Assembly (NCBI RefSeq): GCF_018350175.1
Contig: NC_058368.1
Coordinates: 74,836,001-74,900,000 of the forward strand
From: Felis catus
Lineage: Eukaryota
Direction: 5' to 3'
Length of the DNA stretch: 64,000 nucleotides
The translations under genes were made by a program, and so were the position numbers. The notes beneath the pieces are model-generated. The model had not been told where the DNA came from. It searched no databases and worked only from the letters and a program-made list of their open reading frames with translations. Within the stretch, counting starts at the first letter, position 1; each line of letters begins with the position of its first letter. Below are positions 40,000 through 53,620 of the stretch, piece after piece.

Positions 40000-40140
40000 G
40001 GGGAGGTGAGAAGTCTGGAGTCAGGGAGCCTGAGTTCATATCCTGGCTTTACATCTAGAGTTTCTATCCTGTCGTGTATTAGCTGTGAAACAATCCCTAC
40101 CAAGCTAACCTCTCTGAACCTCAGTTCTTTCCACAATGAA
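40000..40140 (+). mobile_element. MIR fragment
   Basis: ctggagtcagggagcctgagttca...aacctctctgaacctcagtt. Confidence 0.65.
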
Positions 40141-40677
40141 GTCTTCGTTATAGCACCTTATATATAAGACCTTCCACGTACTTTTTGTGAATATTTTTCA
40201 TATTCATAGAAAATATGAGTTGTGTACTCTACGCATTGTTGCATGATAAGGACTTAATCAAGATTTAGTGATATTGAAGGACATTAAGTAGAATTAGTAG
40301 GCATAGATCTACCGCCCAAAAGAGTGTTTTGTTTTTTTTTCATATTTTCTTATTTCCTGATTTGGCCCAACTCAATATATGTATTAATCAAATAGGTTGT
40401 AACAAAGACTGTGAGGATGAAAGGTAGAACCGATAGCTTGGAAGGTCTTGTTAGATTGCAGGACAACAAGCAGGTTTGGCAATGGTGTCCCATTAGGTTT
40501 CCTGCCCTCAGTAATGTTGGTAGTTTACAGTTCAGATGTGCTAAGACAATTTGGAGAGCAGGCCACGCAAAATGGTTCCCCAGGGCATGTGCGCTCACTC
40601 TGAGAGAAAACTTATCTTGGCCACCCTTTCTTGCCTCATCTTGCTCAGAACATCCACAAAGATTGACTGCTTAGTTA

Positions 40678-40678
<1 letters not shown>

Positions 40679-40708
<30 letters not shown>
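40679..40708. repeat. (CA)n microsatellite
   Basis: Seen directly in sequence. Confidence 0.95.
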
Positions 40709-40713
<5 letters not shown>

Positions 40714-41756
40714 TTTTGTCAGCTCTAGGTTAACCTGGAAATCTAGTAGACTTCACTGACAAAATTCAAGCGCAAGATTGGGCTCTTTGCCCGAGGAAAT
40801 TGTAGAGAATTTAACCCTAATCACTTTTTGGCATTAGAGATGACTGCCTTAGACTAGATCTTTAACCAAAAGACTTGGTAGAAAGTAACTGAACTTCAAA
40901 ACCAGCACAGCAGAGTATCATTTGCCTGAGCACTTACTGGAGAAGCCTCCCGGACTTCTACACCATTCTAAATCAAATGTCAATGCTGTGAATTATATTT
41001 AGAAGTGGAGAGGCAGCCGGAGTGGCTCTAGAACACAGCTGGTATATGCTTCCTAAATCCCATGACTTCAAGTTTATTGCCACTGCTGTTGCCTACCAGC
41101 TGGGGCTTCTGGGTGTCACTCCACATTAACATCCCAGAGCAGATTGTTATAATTACTTCTCATTCATTTAGGGTCCAGACTTCAGAAAATCTGAATAAGC
41201 AAATGATGGTGTATCTAGAAGTCCTATAATTTAATAAAACACCATTTATTACATATAGACATATTTGGAAGCAAACCTCCAGAAATTCCCCAGGATTTAT
41301 ATTGTAGTATGCGATATTGTAATTTCGATAATTTCTACTTAACTCAATTGAAAGCATCCAAATTGTTAACGAAGTTTGATGACTTTTGTAGGTCCAAAAT
41401 GTAACCATGAATTTTAATACTGTCTTTCTTGTTTTATTCTTCCTGTGCCAACAGTCCTAGGGAACAGTCAAGTCAATTAACCCAAGCTGAAAAATTTAAA
41501 AGACCATAATGAAAACTTGCTTTGTTTCTCCTGGATAGAAAGTGTTGACTTAATTTTACTCTCAATTATATGTCAAAAAGGTATATATAAACGTAGTAAT
41601 ATTTATATTGTAAAAAAATATCAAAAGGCAAAAAATACTTCAAGCACATTGAACTACATCAAATGAAGTTGTTTTGTTTTGTTTTCTTTTGTTTTACATT
41701 GTATTCAACCATCCCAACAGTCAAAACATATATTTTTTTAAAGTCCATTTTTGTCA

Positions 41757-41966
41757 GGGCTCCTGAGTGGCTCAGTCAGTTAAGCATCTGACTTCTGCTC
41801 GGGTCATGATCTCATGGCTTGTGAGTTCAAATCCTGCTTCGGGCTCTGTGCTAACCGCTTCGAAGCCTGGAGCCCACTTCATTTTCTGTGTCTCCCTCTC
41901 TCTCTGCCCTTTCCCTGCTAATACTCTGTCTTTCTCGCCCTTTCAAAAATAAATAAACATTAAATA
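41757..41966 (+). mobile_element. Can-SINE
   Basis: Diverged full-length copy; ttttaaagtcc on both flanks. Confidence 0.9.
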
Positions 41967-42669
41967 TTTTAAAGTCCGTTGTTGGCACATGTGGGAAAAA
42001 GTGGAAAACACATTATGAAGTTGAAGCTTATTAAGCAAAAGCTAGTAAAATTGGCAGAAGGATACTTTATCCTGAATGCTGAGATAGCTTCTTTATCTGG
42101 CTCAGGGAAAACATTTTTAGGCCAAATAAGTGTATGTTCTTCGAACTGATTCTTTTAGGAAGTACTTGTTAAGTGGCTAGTACATGCCTGACCTTCGTCA
42201 AGGCATTAGAAATGTAAGAGTAGATGAAACCCCTTCCCGGAGCTTACTAATGGTAGCAGAGTGGAAATAATCATATCCATCCATAATAAGTCGATCATGG
42301 TAAGCAAGATTCCACCAAAATGCATTATTTTCTTTCACATTTACCTGGGATGTGGTCCCTGTTGGTGATTATTTCTCACCAATGCAAAGTGAGCAGACAT
42401 TATGTGTGACCACTCCTTCTCAAGGCTCACAAGGCGGTTCTCTCCTCTCTTCTCACCTCATCTGTGCTGCGTGTAGCCATGACAAAGCCTCTTACTATAA
42501 GGTGAACTGCAAATGAAATGGGCCTCTAATTCTGAGTCCCCATAGGAGGGGAAGAAAACAGTCATCCGGGGATCAGGAGGAACACCCGTTTTGGACTAAT
42601 GTGCGGAAGCAAAAATATTCTTATTATGCTTGAGCAGTTACTTATTGATTGGTCTGTGTTTCTTTCTGC

Positions 42670-42858
42670 ATGTTTATTTATTTATTTTGAGAGAGAGAGC
42701 AGCAGAGAGGCAGAGAGAAAGAGAGAGAGAATCCTAAGCTGGCTCCCTGCTGTCAGTGCAAAGCCCTAGGCGGGGCGCAAACTTAGGAGCCGTGAGACCA
42801 TGACCTGAGCCAAAATCAAGAGTCGGATGCTTAACTGACTGAACCACCCAGGCACCTC
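42670..42858 (-). mobile_element. Can-SINE, older, within a probable MLT1 remnant
   Basis: ccatgacctgagccaaaatcaagagtcggatgcttaac. Confidence 0.88.
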
Positions 42859-43239
42859 TTGAGTGGTCTGTTTTTAACTGCAGCTTAATTTATTAACTAT
42901 TACACATGGGGAAATAAAACAGCGTAAGGGAACAGAGGGTGCCTAGATGGTTGGGGTGTGGAGGAATTTAAGGTGGGAAATGAGCTCTTCTCCTAAGTGC
43001 CTATAATGAGTAATGGAACATAACCTTAGACCAACACCCTCCCCTTATCGCTGGATCCTCTTGCTCCCCAAAACCCCAAGAACTGCTCAGGTCAGTCTTT
43101 CCTCACCCTCCTGGATCACCACCTTCTTATGGCCTCTCCAAGTATCTTTCTCGTTGGCATACACTCATGCTATCATTTCAGTCACCTTAGAATTCTATCT
43201 GTGCCCTCACCCTTTTCCTCCAGGTACTTCCTTGTTACT

Positions 43240-44600
43240 CTCCTTGTGTTTCTAACAGAACTCCCAAAAAATGCTGTCCATATTCCGCCCCTGACATCCT
43301 ATCCTTCTAGGAATGTTCTCTAACAAAGTTTTGCCCACAGTGCTGAAACTGAGTGACCCTGTCAGGTTCACCAAAGACTATGAAGTCCTATGATCATTTC
43401 TTGATCCTCACTCTATAGGCGCTGTCAAAGGCATTTGGCATAGTTGTCTTCCTTGTAATAGTTCCTTCACGTGTCTTTCAGAACGCCATACTCACCGGGC
43501 ATCACTTCTGTTTTTCTTCCTATTTCTTCTCTCCTGTTGTGCTTGTTCCTCCTCATCGCCTGTCCTTTCAGTGTGGCATTGCCCTGTGCTCAGTCCTGGA
43601 GAGTCTCCTCTCTCCCATGTATCTCCGCTCCCTTGCTTATTTCATTGATGTCATTAACGGGCATGCCATCTACATGCTGATGATCCCCAACTGATATAGC
43701 CTACCCTGATCTTTCCCCAGAACTCCAGATCGGCATATCCATTTCTGCTAGGGAGTCCCTGAGGTTCACAGGCCTGTTCCTCCTGTATTCCCCTCTCCTT
43801 AGTTATATACCCCCACATTCTTGAAGATGTTGATATCAGTCAATTCTTCCCCATTTTATTGTCCCCAGGCTCTTATTCCAACTTGTCAGTAAATCCTGGC
43901 CACTAAATACACAGAACTCAAGTATGTTCCACCCTCTCGTCTCACCATCATCTATCCCCAAAATGCTGCAATACCTCAGCAGCCTCCCACAGGGACTCCT
44001 GGCTCCTGTATTGCTCCCAAAATCTCTTCTCAGAAAAACAGCCAGAGGGATTCAACTAAAATGTAGTTCCTCTGCTCAAATGTCTTTACTGCCTTCCCAA
44101 TTCACCCAGAGCAAACTAAAATGAAAAATCTTGTAAATGCAAAGCCTGCAGGATTGGGTGCCTCTTTCCTTCTCCTATACCTCTTTTTCTGTTATCCACA
44201 TTGGCCTCCGCACACTGGCCTCTTTGTTGATCCTCCAACGTGAGAATCACCAAGATTTACTTCTAGAAACCACGTGTGTTAAAATGGCTAGCACCCTCAT
44301 ATTCTGCAGATTTTATTCAGAAGTCATCTTCCCAATGAGGCCATTCTTGGGCACCCTATCTAACACTGTAACTTCCAACTCTGACGGTCCATTTATCCTT
44401 TAGTATTATTATTACCATATGAAACTTCTGTGTACAACACACACACAGACACACACACGCCTGCTTATTGTCTGTGCTTCTTTATCAAGGAGCTCTGGGT
44501 GAGGGCAAGGCTTTTGTCTGTTTTTTTTTTTCCACTTTTATATCCCCAGTGCCCAGAATGTAGTACACAGAAGATGTACGATAAGTATTCATGGAGTGAT
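43240..44600 (+). mobile_element. L2 LINE fragment (RT to 3' end)
   Basis: C/T-rich L2 text; HLHADDPQ at 43667-43690 corresponds to the RT YADD motif; L2-type 3' end cccagtgcccagaa. Confidence 0.8.
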
Positions 44601-45336
44601 CGACCGTAGTAATTAGATGACGCTATAAATTTTACATATAAAGAGGGTAAATGCTAGATTTATACAACAACAATGACATCTTTAGCTATGTTTCCTTCTA
44701 CATTGTTGTGTTATTACACACTAATATACCTTTGTAAGAGTAAAAGTATGCGTTTTCAGTCCATTGTGTTGAATAAACCTTTTAAATTAACTCTTGTATT
44801 TTCAGTAATCCATTTCCAACCAAAAAGTAGTAATGGTCATCAGTGATAATACAGGAAATTGCAACCCTAAAAATGAAAGCTTTAAAAGTGGTTGAAAGAG
44901 AATATCTCTCTTCACAAGCTTGACTTCAAAACAGAATTTAATCAAAATCGGCCTGAATATGCCCTTAAATAATTTTATGCCAATTCCTACCCAATCCAAT
45001 ATCCTACAGAATTTCAAATCGTTCTAGGATGGAACAATTCACTTTTCTATTCATCAACTGTGATTTCTGATTACAATGTTCCTGCCTTTTTCCTTTTCAA
45101 TATCTCTTCATGGAAGAATCACAGAGTAACTTTCTGCAATCCTGGGATGACCTTTCAGAGTTATGCTTTTCTGTTTTGTTTGTTTATTTTCTTGAAGTGG
45201 ACACTAAACATTCCATTACCCACATGGGGTATTTTCTTTACATGTTTTTGGAGATGAAACCATTTCAATCTCTTTGCTCTTGACCTCACTTTATTTATAA
45301 GCCTTACAGTGATAACCCACAATTAAAATGCTCCTT

Positions 45337-45545
45337 GGGGCGCCTGGGTGGCACAGTCGGTTAAGCGTCCGACTTCAGCCAGGTCACGATCTCGCGGTCC
45401 GTGAGTTCGAGCCCCGCGTCAGGCTCTGGGCTGATGGCTCGGAGCCTGGAGCCTGTTTCCGATTCTGTCTCCCTCTCTCTCTGCCCCTCCCCCGTTCATG
45501 CTCTGTCTCTCTCTGTCCCAAAAATAAATAAAAAACGTTGAAAAA
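45337..45545 (+). mobile_element. Can-SINE, young
   Basis: TSD aaaatgctcc 45325-45334 / 45546-45555. Confidence 0.96.
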
Positions 45546-46879
45546 AAAATGCTCCAAAGCAAATTGGTTGGTGCAAAATTTAAGTTAAAATACTGCACCT
45601 CCATAGAGATGCCGTGAAAAGAAAATCTTCATAGGTTATTACCCAGTCCTCGGTGTGTGGGTATAAATGCCAGTCAACAAGCTTCTGTTTGTGTTTATTT
45701 CTTTTTTGATGTAGACATCCAAATAGCGATGGGAAAAACCAACCTCAACGGATTTCACTCTAAAATCAAAGTGAGTTGTGTCTGAAAGTCTGTTGCTACG
45801 CTTTTGAAGTAATCTGAAATTTTGAAGCTATCCTACTTCTCTGGTGTTATCGTAAAGAAAGATGGGGAAAAGGTTAGAGCATTTCTCACTCAGTCAGACT
45901 GTGGTAGGCAAGTGGAGAGAGCAAGAAGCCTGCATCCTGGGGTGGAGGGGGCATGCGGGGTTGCTCTGTGGGCCCCGCAGCCATTTTATGAAGGCTGAGG
46001 GAGGGCGTCTCTGAGCACAGGTGGCTACCAGTTCCCCTTCAGTAGCAGCCCAAGCATTTAGTCCGAAAAGGAGGCCAGGTGGCCCCTGAGGGATTATAGA
46101 AGGAAACCATGTAAAAGTTGAAATGAGAAAAACCTGGGGAATAAATACAAAAGCATGTGCTGGCGAGGGGGAATGCTCCCCAGAATGCCACCTCAGCAGA
46201 AAGCTGGTAACTAGGCCAGGCACAGAACGGTCTTTTAGTTTAAATGATTCTTGCAAGAATCTTCCCTATCTCTTCCTTAACCTTCAATTCTGCTGTATAT
46301 TCAAATATGCCGGGGGAAAAAAAAATTAAGTGCAAATTTGGGAAACAGACTCAAATTCAGCAAATTTTATATTCCGTATTTACAGAGCTGTTAGCTTCTA
46401 TGTCTGTCATTCTGGTAAATATACCATCCTTAGGCTGATGTTGACAGCTGACTGAAGTTTTTCTTTTCAGTTTGATAATTCAGCTCCAGTGTCATTTAGA
46501 CAACACAATGATACAACTGCATTAGTGAATAGTTTTGAAATAATATTTTACCGTTTCGTACTCAGTGCAAGAAAGGCTGGTCAGATGTCCTATTTTAAGT
46601 TGCTTAGATTTATGAACAAGATACTATGTGTCAGTTGACGGGAGACAACTCACCAAGCCTGACCCCTGCCTAAGGCCTCGTGCTAATTAATCCAGAATAG
46701 ACCAGTGATTCCCCTGCCAATGACCTCGTCAGCGGTGGGTGTATTTTCAAGATGAAAAGAAAAAAAATAAAAAGCGGTGCATCCTCATTATAATTTTGTC
46801 CGTCTGGTTTTCTCCTTCAACCAGCATGGGGAGAGTTTGCAGACAGACTGCCCGGGTTCTTAGCCTGATGAGAATAACT

Positions 46880-47115
46880 CACGTTTCTAGAATAGCTATT
46901 CATACCAGGCGCTGTGTAAAACACTTCATAAATAAATCACGCAATTAAATGATCGCAACAATGCTGAGAGGTCGATATTACCACGATCCTTACTTCACAG
47001 ACACACAGACCAACTCTTCAGAAAGCCACCTAACTTATTCAAAGCAACACAATCTGGAGAAAGGCAGAGCCGGGATTCAAACCCCGATTTCTGGCTCTGG
47101 ACTGTATGCTCTGAG
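46880..47115 (-). mobile_element. MIR
   Basis: ggcagagccgggattcaaacccc and ccaggcgctgtgtaaaacactt. Confidence 0.7.
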
Positions 47116-47724
47116 TCAGAAAACTGGCACATAGTGAGCCATTGATAAAGGTCGGTTTCTGTCTACTTGTACAGATTTTCAAATGTTTTTTGTTTGTTTG
47201 TTTGTTTGTTTGTTTTTGTTTTCCTTCAAAGCTTCTTTTTAATGAAATAAAATGTTAACACAGACAGTTCGGGTTCTGTTAGCCGTCTACCTGGACCCAT
47301 TTCTCTCCTTCCTTACAAAAGTCACATTATGTCAACGACAGTGCATTTCTCTCCGGGCCAATCTATTTTTAGTAGGCTGGAGATGTGTAAGACCTTCCCT
47401 CAGGGCATTAATGTGCACACTCTTCAACTTGTCATTTTTGCTTACCCTTACAGCCTTAAGAGTTACCCTAAGTTGTTCTGTATTTAATGGTGTAAATATA
47501 TCAACATTAATCCGTCCCGCCATTAATGTAAAATCTGCTTGTTTCTGTGTTTTACTACAGCGACTGATTCTGTAGGAAACCTACTTGTCACTTAAGGGAC
47601 CCACGCAGTAAGGTCAGAAGATCTGCGGCACGACTGAGTGCCTATTTGAACCATACTGGAGCGGGCACTTAATTTGATGGGAAGGTAGCTCTCACGTTAC
47701 ATGTTTTTAGCACAAAAAAAGGGG

Positions 47725-47865
47725 GGAGGAGGGAGGAAACTTTTGGAGGGGACGGATATGTTTATTACCTTGATTATAGCGATGGTTGCACATGTATACA
47801 AAGTCATCAACTCATTTACATTAAGTAGGTTTTCTTGTCTATCAATTATACTTTAATGAAGCTAA
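47725..47865 (+). mobile_element. L1M 3' terminal fragment
   Basis: ggaaacttttggaggggacggatatgtttattaccttgatt...tcaattatactttaat. Confidence 0.75.
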
Positions 47866-48269
47866 TTAAAAGGAAACGCAGGCATGTTGTAGACACAAAG
47901 TACGTGTAGTCACTCGAGATAACCTCTCACTAGAACATTTTTTTAGACAGGTGAAGTGAAGTCTGATGTGTCATAGGGCAGGTGAATTTTCCAGTTTACC
48001 ATATCACCTGATTGATCTCCCAAGTGTTAAGAGTAAAGGGCCACCTTGGACTTCTTTTCCTCGCATCATAATCACCTTCTATGCCATGCCAGAATCCTTG
48101 CTAGCTTTTTGCCTTGTGTTTTTTGCTTTTTTCGTTACTACAGAGGTTGTGACATTGTATATAATCAGTGATTTAATTTATACCTTCCTGATGACTATGA
48201 AAAGTGGAGACTCTTTCCTACCAGTCCTTCAAGATTCCTTTTCCATGAACTTATTCATTTGGGTATTTA

Positions 48270-48760
48270 TCTGAGTTAAGATCTGAAGGGAGTCCAGAGG
48301 AAATGATGAAGGAACAGTTCAGTCCATGAGAAATGAGTTCAAAGGTGGGCTGAAACCAGAGAAATTAATGCGGGCACTGTCAGCAAAGCAAAAGAATTTA
48401 CTGCAACTTAGATAATATCACACACACGCACAAAGGTGTACAGAGAGAACAGAACGGGCCCAAGGATGGAGTCTTGATACTTAAACATTTAGAAATCTCA
48501 GAAAAGAAGACGTAGCCAGCAGAGAGATCGAGGAACAGCCACAACAACAACAAATGAAAAGAAACAGGTAGCAGAAAAATGCAAATTTGGTCTGCAGGAA
48601 GGCAAGAAAGTGATTCAAACATGAGGGGGCAATCTCTTCGGTAGAAAAGACTCAGCACTTTTGACGGGGTGAGAATGAAGAAGAGGTCCACTGACCACTG
48701 GAGCCGGTGTTTTGAAAATCACTGTCTGAGTGCAGACAGTTGAGTGAGCAGGGACTGTGC
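48270..48760 (-). mobile_element. L2 fragment (antisense)
   Basis: Purine-rich antisense L2 text (gggcccaaggatggagtcttg; gaatgaagaagaggtccactg). Confidence 0.5.
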
Positions 48761-49604
48761 TTTTGAATCAGGCACAAGTTACGCGTAACTTCCCCTCTGC
48801 TTTGCCTTACCTGTTTCGTGGGTCTCGGTCTTAGATTATCCACAGCTGCCACCGCCAGTGGTCACAGTCCTCTGGCTCATTTTCCAGGGGTCTTCGACCG
48901 GGGTAAGTGCCATGGGCAGCAAAGGCAAAGGTTCCCTTCAGTCCTGACGCAGAGCGAGCCAAAGTGAGGCTGTCACCCTGACCCTACCTGAGAGCTGAAC
49001 TGAAGGGAGTGACCTGGGCTCTTGACATTGCTTTGGATTCAGATGAAGTCTCACACTTCAGGGCATGATATCTGACTCCCCAGTAGCTTTCCAAAGGTCC
49101 AGGTAATAGAATACAACATATGGAATTAATGACCTGCGATACCAATCTTGCCCCGTGAGACAAGGGACATGTGAGGGAACCCCGTAGATAAATTCACCCC
49201 CCCCCCTTCTTGTACTAACAGATGGTTCCCATATAGGGTCTTTCTTTTTGGCCCACTGGAGACAGAGCATGCAACTGAGCAATCAGCTATGTTTCTGCAT
49301 TAAGTGGCTTGATAATACATAATCTTATACTTGGTTTCCCTCCTCATTCTTGCCTGGGATTGCACCCTCCACGAAAGACTAGCCCTTTAGCTTTGCTTCA
49401 GTTTCCATTTTCTAGAAGGTTGTGACATCTTTCAAAGAGAGCAGAGAGGTGAATCATTAGCTTGGCAGGGACATGGAGGCTTTTGTGTATTCGCACGCTG
49501 TGATTGTGAAGGGTATTGAGCCCTATGTGTTCACACATGTAATGATCCAGCAGATACGTGAGAATATTCACTCGCAGAAGCAACCTTTCTGAGTGGGTAT
49601 GAGA

Positions 49605-49825
49605 GGAGCGCCCGGGTGGCTCAGTTGGTTGAGCGTCCGACTTCGGCCTAGGTCATGATCTCGTGGTCCGTGAGTTCCGGCCCCGTGTCAGGCTCTGTGC
49701 TGACAGCCCGGAGCCTGGAGCCCGCTTCGGATTCTGTGTCCCCCTCTCCCTCTGCCCCACCCCTGCTTGTTCTCTGTTTCTGTCTTTCAAAAATGAATAA
49801 ACATAATTTTTTTAATTAAAAAAAT
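49605..49825 (+). mobile_element. Can-SINE
   Basis: Full-length copy. Confidence 0.93.
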
Positions 49826-49963
49826 ATAACTAAAATTCTCTTAGATAAGAATTGGCCTTATTCCTAATACGCTTGGTGGGTTATACAGACATTTCCCTTC
49901 TCAACAGGAACCCGCCACTGTTTCACCGGTAAAAATTAAGAATTGATTAAAAATATAAGAAGA

Positions 49964-50189
49964 GGGGCGCCTGGGTGGCGCAGTCGGTTAAGCCTCCGAC
50001 TTCAGCCAGGTCACGATCTCGCGGTCCGTGAGTTCGAGCCCCACATCAGGCTCTGGGCTGATGGCTCAGAGCCTGGAGCCAGTTTCTGATTCTGTGTCTC
50101 CCTCTCTCTCTGCCCCTCCCCCGTTCATGCTCTGTCTCTCTCTGTCCCAAAAATAAATAAACGTTGAAAAAAAAATTAAAAAAAATAAA
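49964..50189 (+). mobile_element. Can-SINE, young
   Basis: TSD taaaaatataagaaga 49948-49963 / 50190-50205. Confidence 0.97.
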
Positions 50190-51328
50190 TAAAAATATAA
50201 GAAGAAAGAAAGAATTGAATACTGACATTATTACAGACGAATCATATGTGCTGATATATACCGATCAGAGCTTAACAGTGGAAACAGAATTGTTTTCATT
50301 TTAAGTGTCTTCCCCAACCCCCCCCCCCGCCCCCCAAACTCCCACAGAAACGTAACTCTTGTTTCCTAAGCTAATAAGACACCTTTGGAATCTCGTGATT
50401 ATTCGGGGTTAATAATCAGACACATTTTTTTTTTTCTGAGGCAGAACCAATATCATAACGGGGACTGTGTCGTTATGTTCAGATTATCAATTGTTTGTTA
50501 CCGTGTTGAAAATAATTATTTTCAAAATATTTTTTCTGGCATGTATATTTTTGCAAATGAATATACCAGTGCCAATGAGTAGTCCGAGGGAGGGATACAG
50601 AAGTCCAGTAATTACTTTCGGCGGCTTCTGGGTATATTGGAGTCTCCGTTTCTCTCTGCCAACAGCCCTGACATAACCTTGCTTAATGAATGGCTACAGA
50701 TACAAAGACACTATATTCTTGCAACATCAGCCCTCTGCTGACATACCTTATCATTGCAATTTGTCTCACCTTTCCTTGTGTGTACTATCTTTCTGAAGTT
50801 TTATCTAGTCGACTGCCATAAGCTGCTGTTCTCAAACACATTTTTCAAATCTAATGAGAAAGGTGATTTTGGGAAAGAAAGTTAATGGCCTCTGGTGCTG
50901 TCGGCTTCCCGGCCTCCAATCTGCACCGCTGTAACATCAATTGTCTTGAGATAGATGTAGCTGATCTCATGTTTGCTGGGGGACCTCGGAGCTAGTGCAA
51001 AGTGCGAGCCAGGCTCGGAGCGGAACAGAAAAGGTAGAAGTATCATTTGGAAGTTTGGAGAGAAGGAAGGACTAACGTCACCACTGAGAGGATACATAAC
51101 TTGCACTTAGGTCCTACATGTGGAGGGTAGTGATCTTTAAAGATGTTTGGCGGAGGGGGAAAAGTGTGGGGGATGGCCCGATAGGAGGAAACCACAAATC
51201 CCCGTGCTTTGAGCGCAAAGGGTGCATGGACAGACCAAGGGACAAACACATGCGTCCTGGCTGTCTTATCTGTGTCTCTTCCCTTCCTTACCAGCAGGCA
51301 AAGGTGGAAGGTTTAACAACAGAGACCT

Positions 51329-51532
51329 GGAGCGCCTGGGTGGCTCAGTTGGTTAAGCATCGGACTCTTGGTTTCTGGTCAGGTCATGATCTCCTGGTTT
51401 GAGTTCGAGCCCCCCATCGGGCTCTGTGCTGACAGTGCGGAGCCTGCTTGGGATTCTCTCTCTCCCTCTCTCTCTGCTCCACCCTGTTCGTTCTCTCTCT
51501 CTCTCAAAATAAATAAACTTAAAAAAAGTAAA
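51329..51532 (+). mobile_element. Can-SINE
   Basis: TSD aacagagacc 51318-51327 / 51533-51542. Confidence 0.93.
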
Positions 51533-53362
51533 AACAGAGACCCATTTTGGCAGCATTCGGTTCCTAGACCTGATAATACATACACCCTGTCATTCATCAG
51601 AATTCTTTGCGTCCCTGAATTTCTACTTCGTGATGCTGAAGAAGCCACTGTGCTTATGTGGTCAACACCCAGAAGCCTTCGGAGGGCATGGCCACCCCGG
51701 CAGGAAGGCGATCCCACTCCCCCACCTCAGCAAAGACTCAGCCGTGGGTTCCCCTCTTCTTGTCCTGCCTGCCATGGTGAGGCACAGCCTCCTGTCCCGA
51801 CTTAATGAGCCCTTCACGCGGAGAATTCCTCAGTGAGATATAGTATTGGAGCCTTCATCTCCGATGTTTTATCCCCATGCCTTTATGCTGTCTCCGTCAC
51901 TTATCTTTAATATTCTGACTAAGCTCAAGGAAAAATTAATGGCTTTATTTGGTCTTAAGAGTGCTCCCAAGGGTCATGTAAACAGTGAATGAGCCATCTC
52001 ACAAAGTAGCAAAGTAGATATCGGAGTGTGGTTTAGTTTCTGGAAGTGCATCATTTTTTCCAAAGAAAGCAGGATCTCTGTTAATCATGGTTTAAGTGTC
52101 TGTCCACCGGGTTTTGATCTTGTCAGTTTTCTTCCTGGGACATGAACGTGACCTTGGCTGTGAGGAGAAGTTTGGGGCATAGTTTTTGTTTGTTTGTGTG
52201 TCGTTTAGATTAATTAAATGATTAAATGTTTAATCGTATCCCTGCAGGAATCCAGTAGCACAATTTAAGGAGTGTTTTTAATGCTTGACAAATGGTAATT
52301 GACTCTATAAGACAACCTGGTCAATTACTATATAAATGAGCTACTGCTGAAGACTCTGTGGGAGACGTTCTTTTCCAAGGCTGGGGAGAGTCACCAGCTT
52401 ACGTGGGTTTTTATCCATTCTGCCACCACCAGGCAGCAAAGTTTTCTGACCATGGGGCAGAAGGATCAAACCACATAGTCAGAAGAATATCCATAAAAAA
52501 TAGAGACTCTAAAGTCTTAGAAATGGCTATAATTTCAAATAGGTACTGTGATAAAATAGCTATTTTATAGAGTATTAACAATAAATTAATAAAACTTATA
52601 GAGTAATAAAATAGATAAAATAGAGTACTTTACCTTGAAGTAGTATTTCTTTCTTCATTTCTCTCTCTTTCTTTCTTCCTTTCTCTTCCTTCCTTCCTTC
52701 CTTCCTTTTTCTTTTCTTTCACATCTAAAGATAAAACATGCACAAAGAGTAAGGTCTCCTTGGCTCTGTTAGGGTAGTACCTACTCTTTTTTAGCCTGAT
52801 TTCCTAATCTGTCAATGGTGTTTTTCAATTTAAGCTTCTCGACTCTCTAAATTTGGTGGATTTGCTATTGTTCCACGCATATTCATTGAGATAATGCATT
52901 TTAATTAGTGATTCAATGGCTCCACATAGAAGTTTGAAGAATAACTAATCAGAAATTGCTTACTTCTTCTTGAGAAACTGCATCCTGTGTTCCAAATGCC
53001 TGCTACATATTCCGTCTGAGTACCAGGCAAATGCCCCAAGTTCACTGTGCCTCAGATAAAAAAAAAACATGAGATTCTGAGAACAAAAATGGGTCCATCT
53101 CATGACTTAACACTTTTATCAATAATTTCCCTCAGCCAGAGGTGTTCTGTGCTTTAATATTAACATTTTGGATACTTTTACTTTTGTTATTGATATGAGT
53201 GTAGACAGCCAGGAGGGACTTAGTTAGGGGGTGTTATGGGGTTAGGTGAGGCAGTGTTGAAGGCTCATCCGCCCTCGCACATTTACCACATTGCATTACT
53301 GAGTTAGGAGCAGAGGTTTGGAGTGAAATGACCCGGAACTCGAGTTTGGTTCCAGCACTTTC

Positions 53363-53382
53363 ATTTTCCTGTTTATTGATTT

Positions 53383-53425
<43 letters not shown>

Positions 53426-53620
53426 TATGAGAGAGAGAGACAGAGAGACAGAGCGCAAGCTGGGAAGGAGCCGAGAGAGAGGGAGACACAGCATCCGAAG
53501 CAGACTCCAGGCTCTGAGCTGTCAGCACAGAGCCCGACGCGGGGCTCAAACCCATGAACTGAGAGATCGTAGCCTGAGCCGAAGTCAGACCCTCAACCCG
53601 ACTGAGTCACCCAGGCGCTC
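53363..53620 (-). mobile_element. Can-SINE with (TTGA)n tail, inserted in a MIR remnant
   Basis: TSD tggttccagcactttc 53347-53362 / 53621-53636. Confidence 0.95.
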
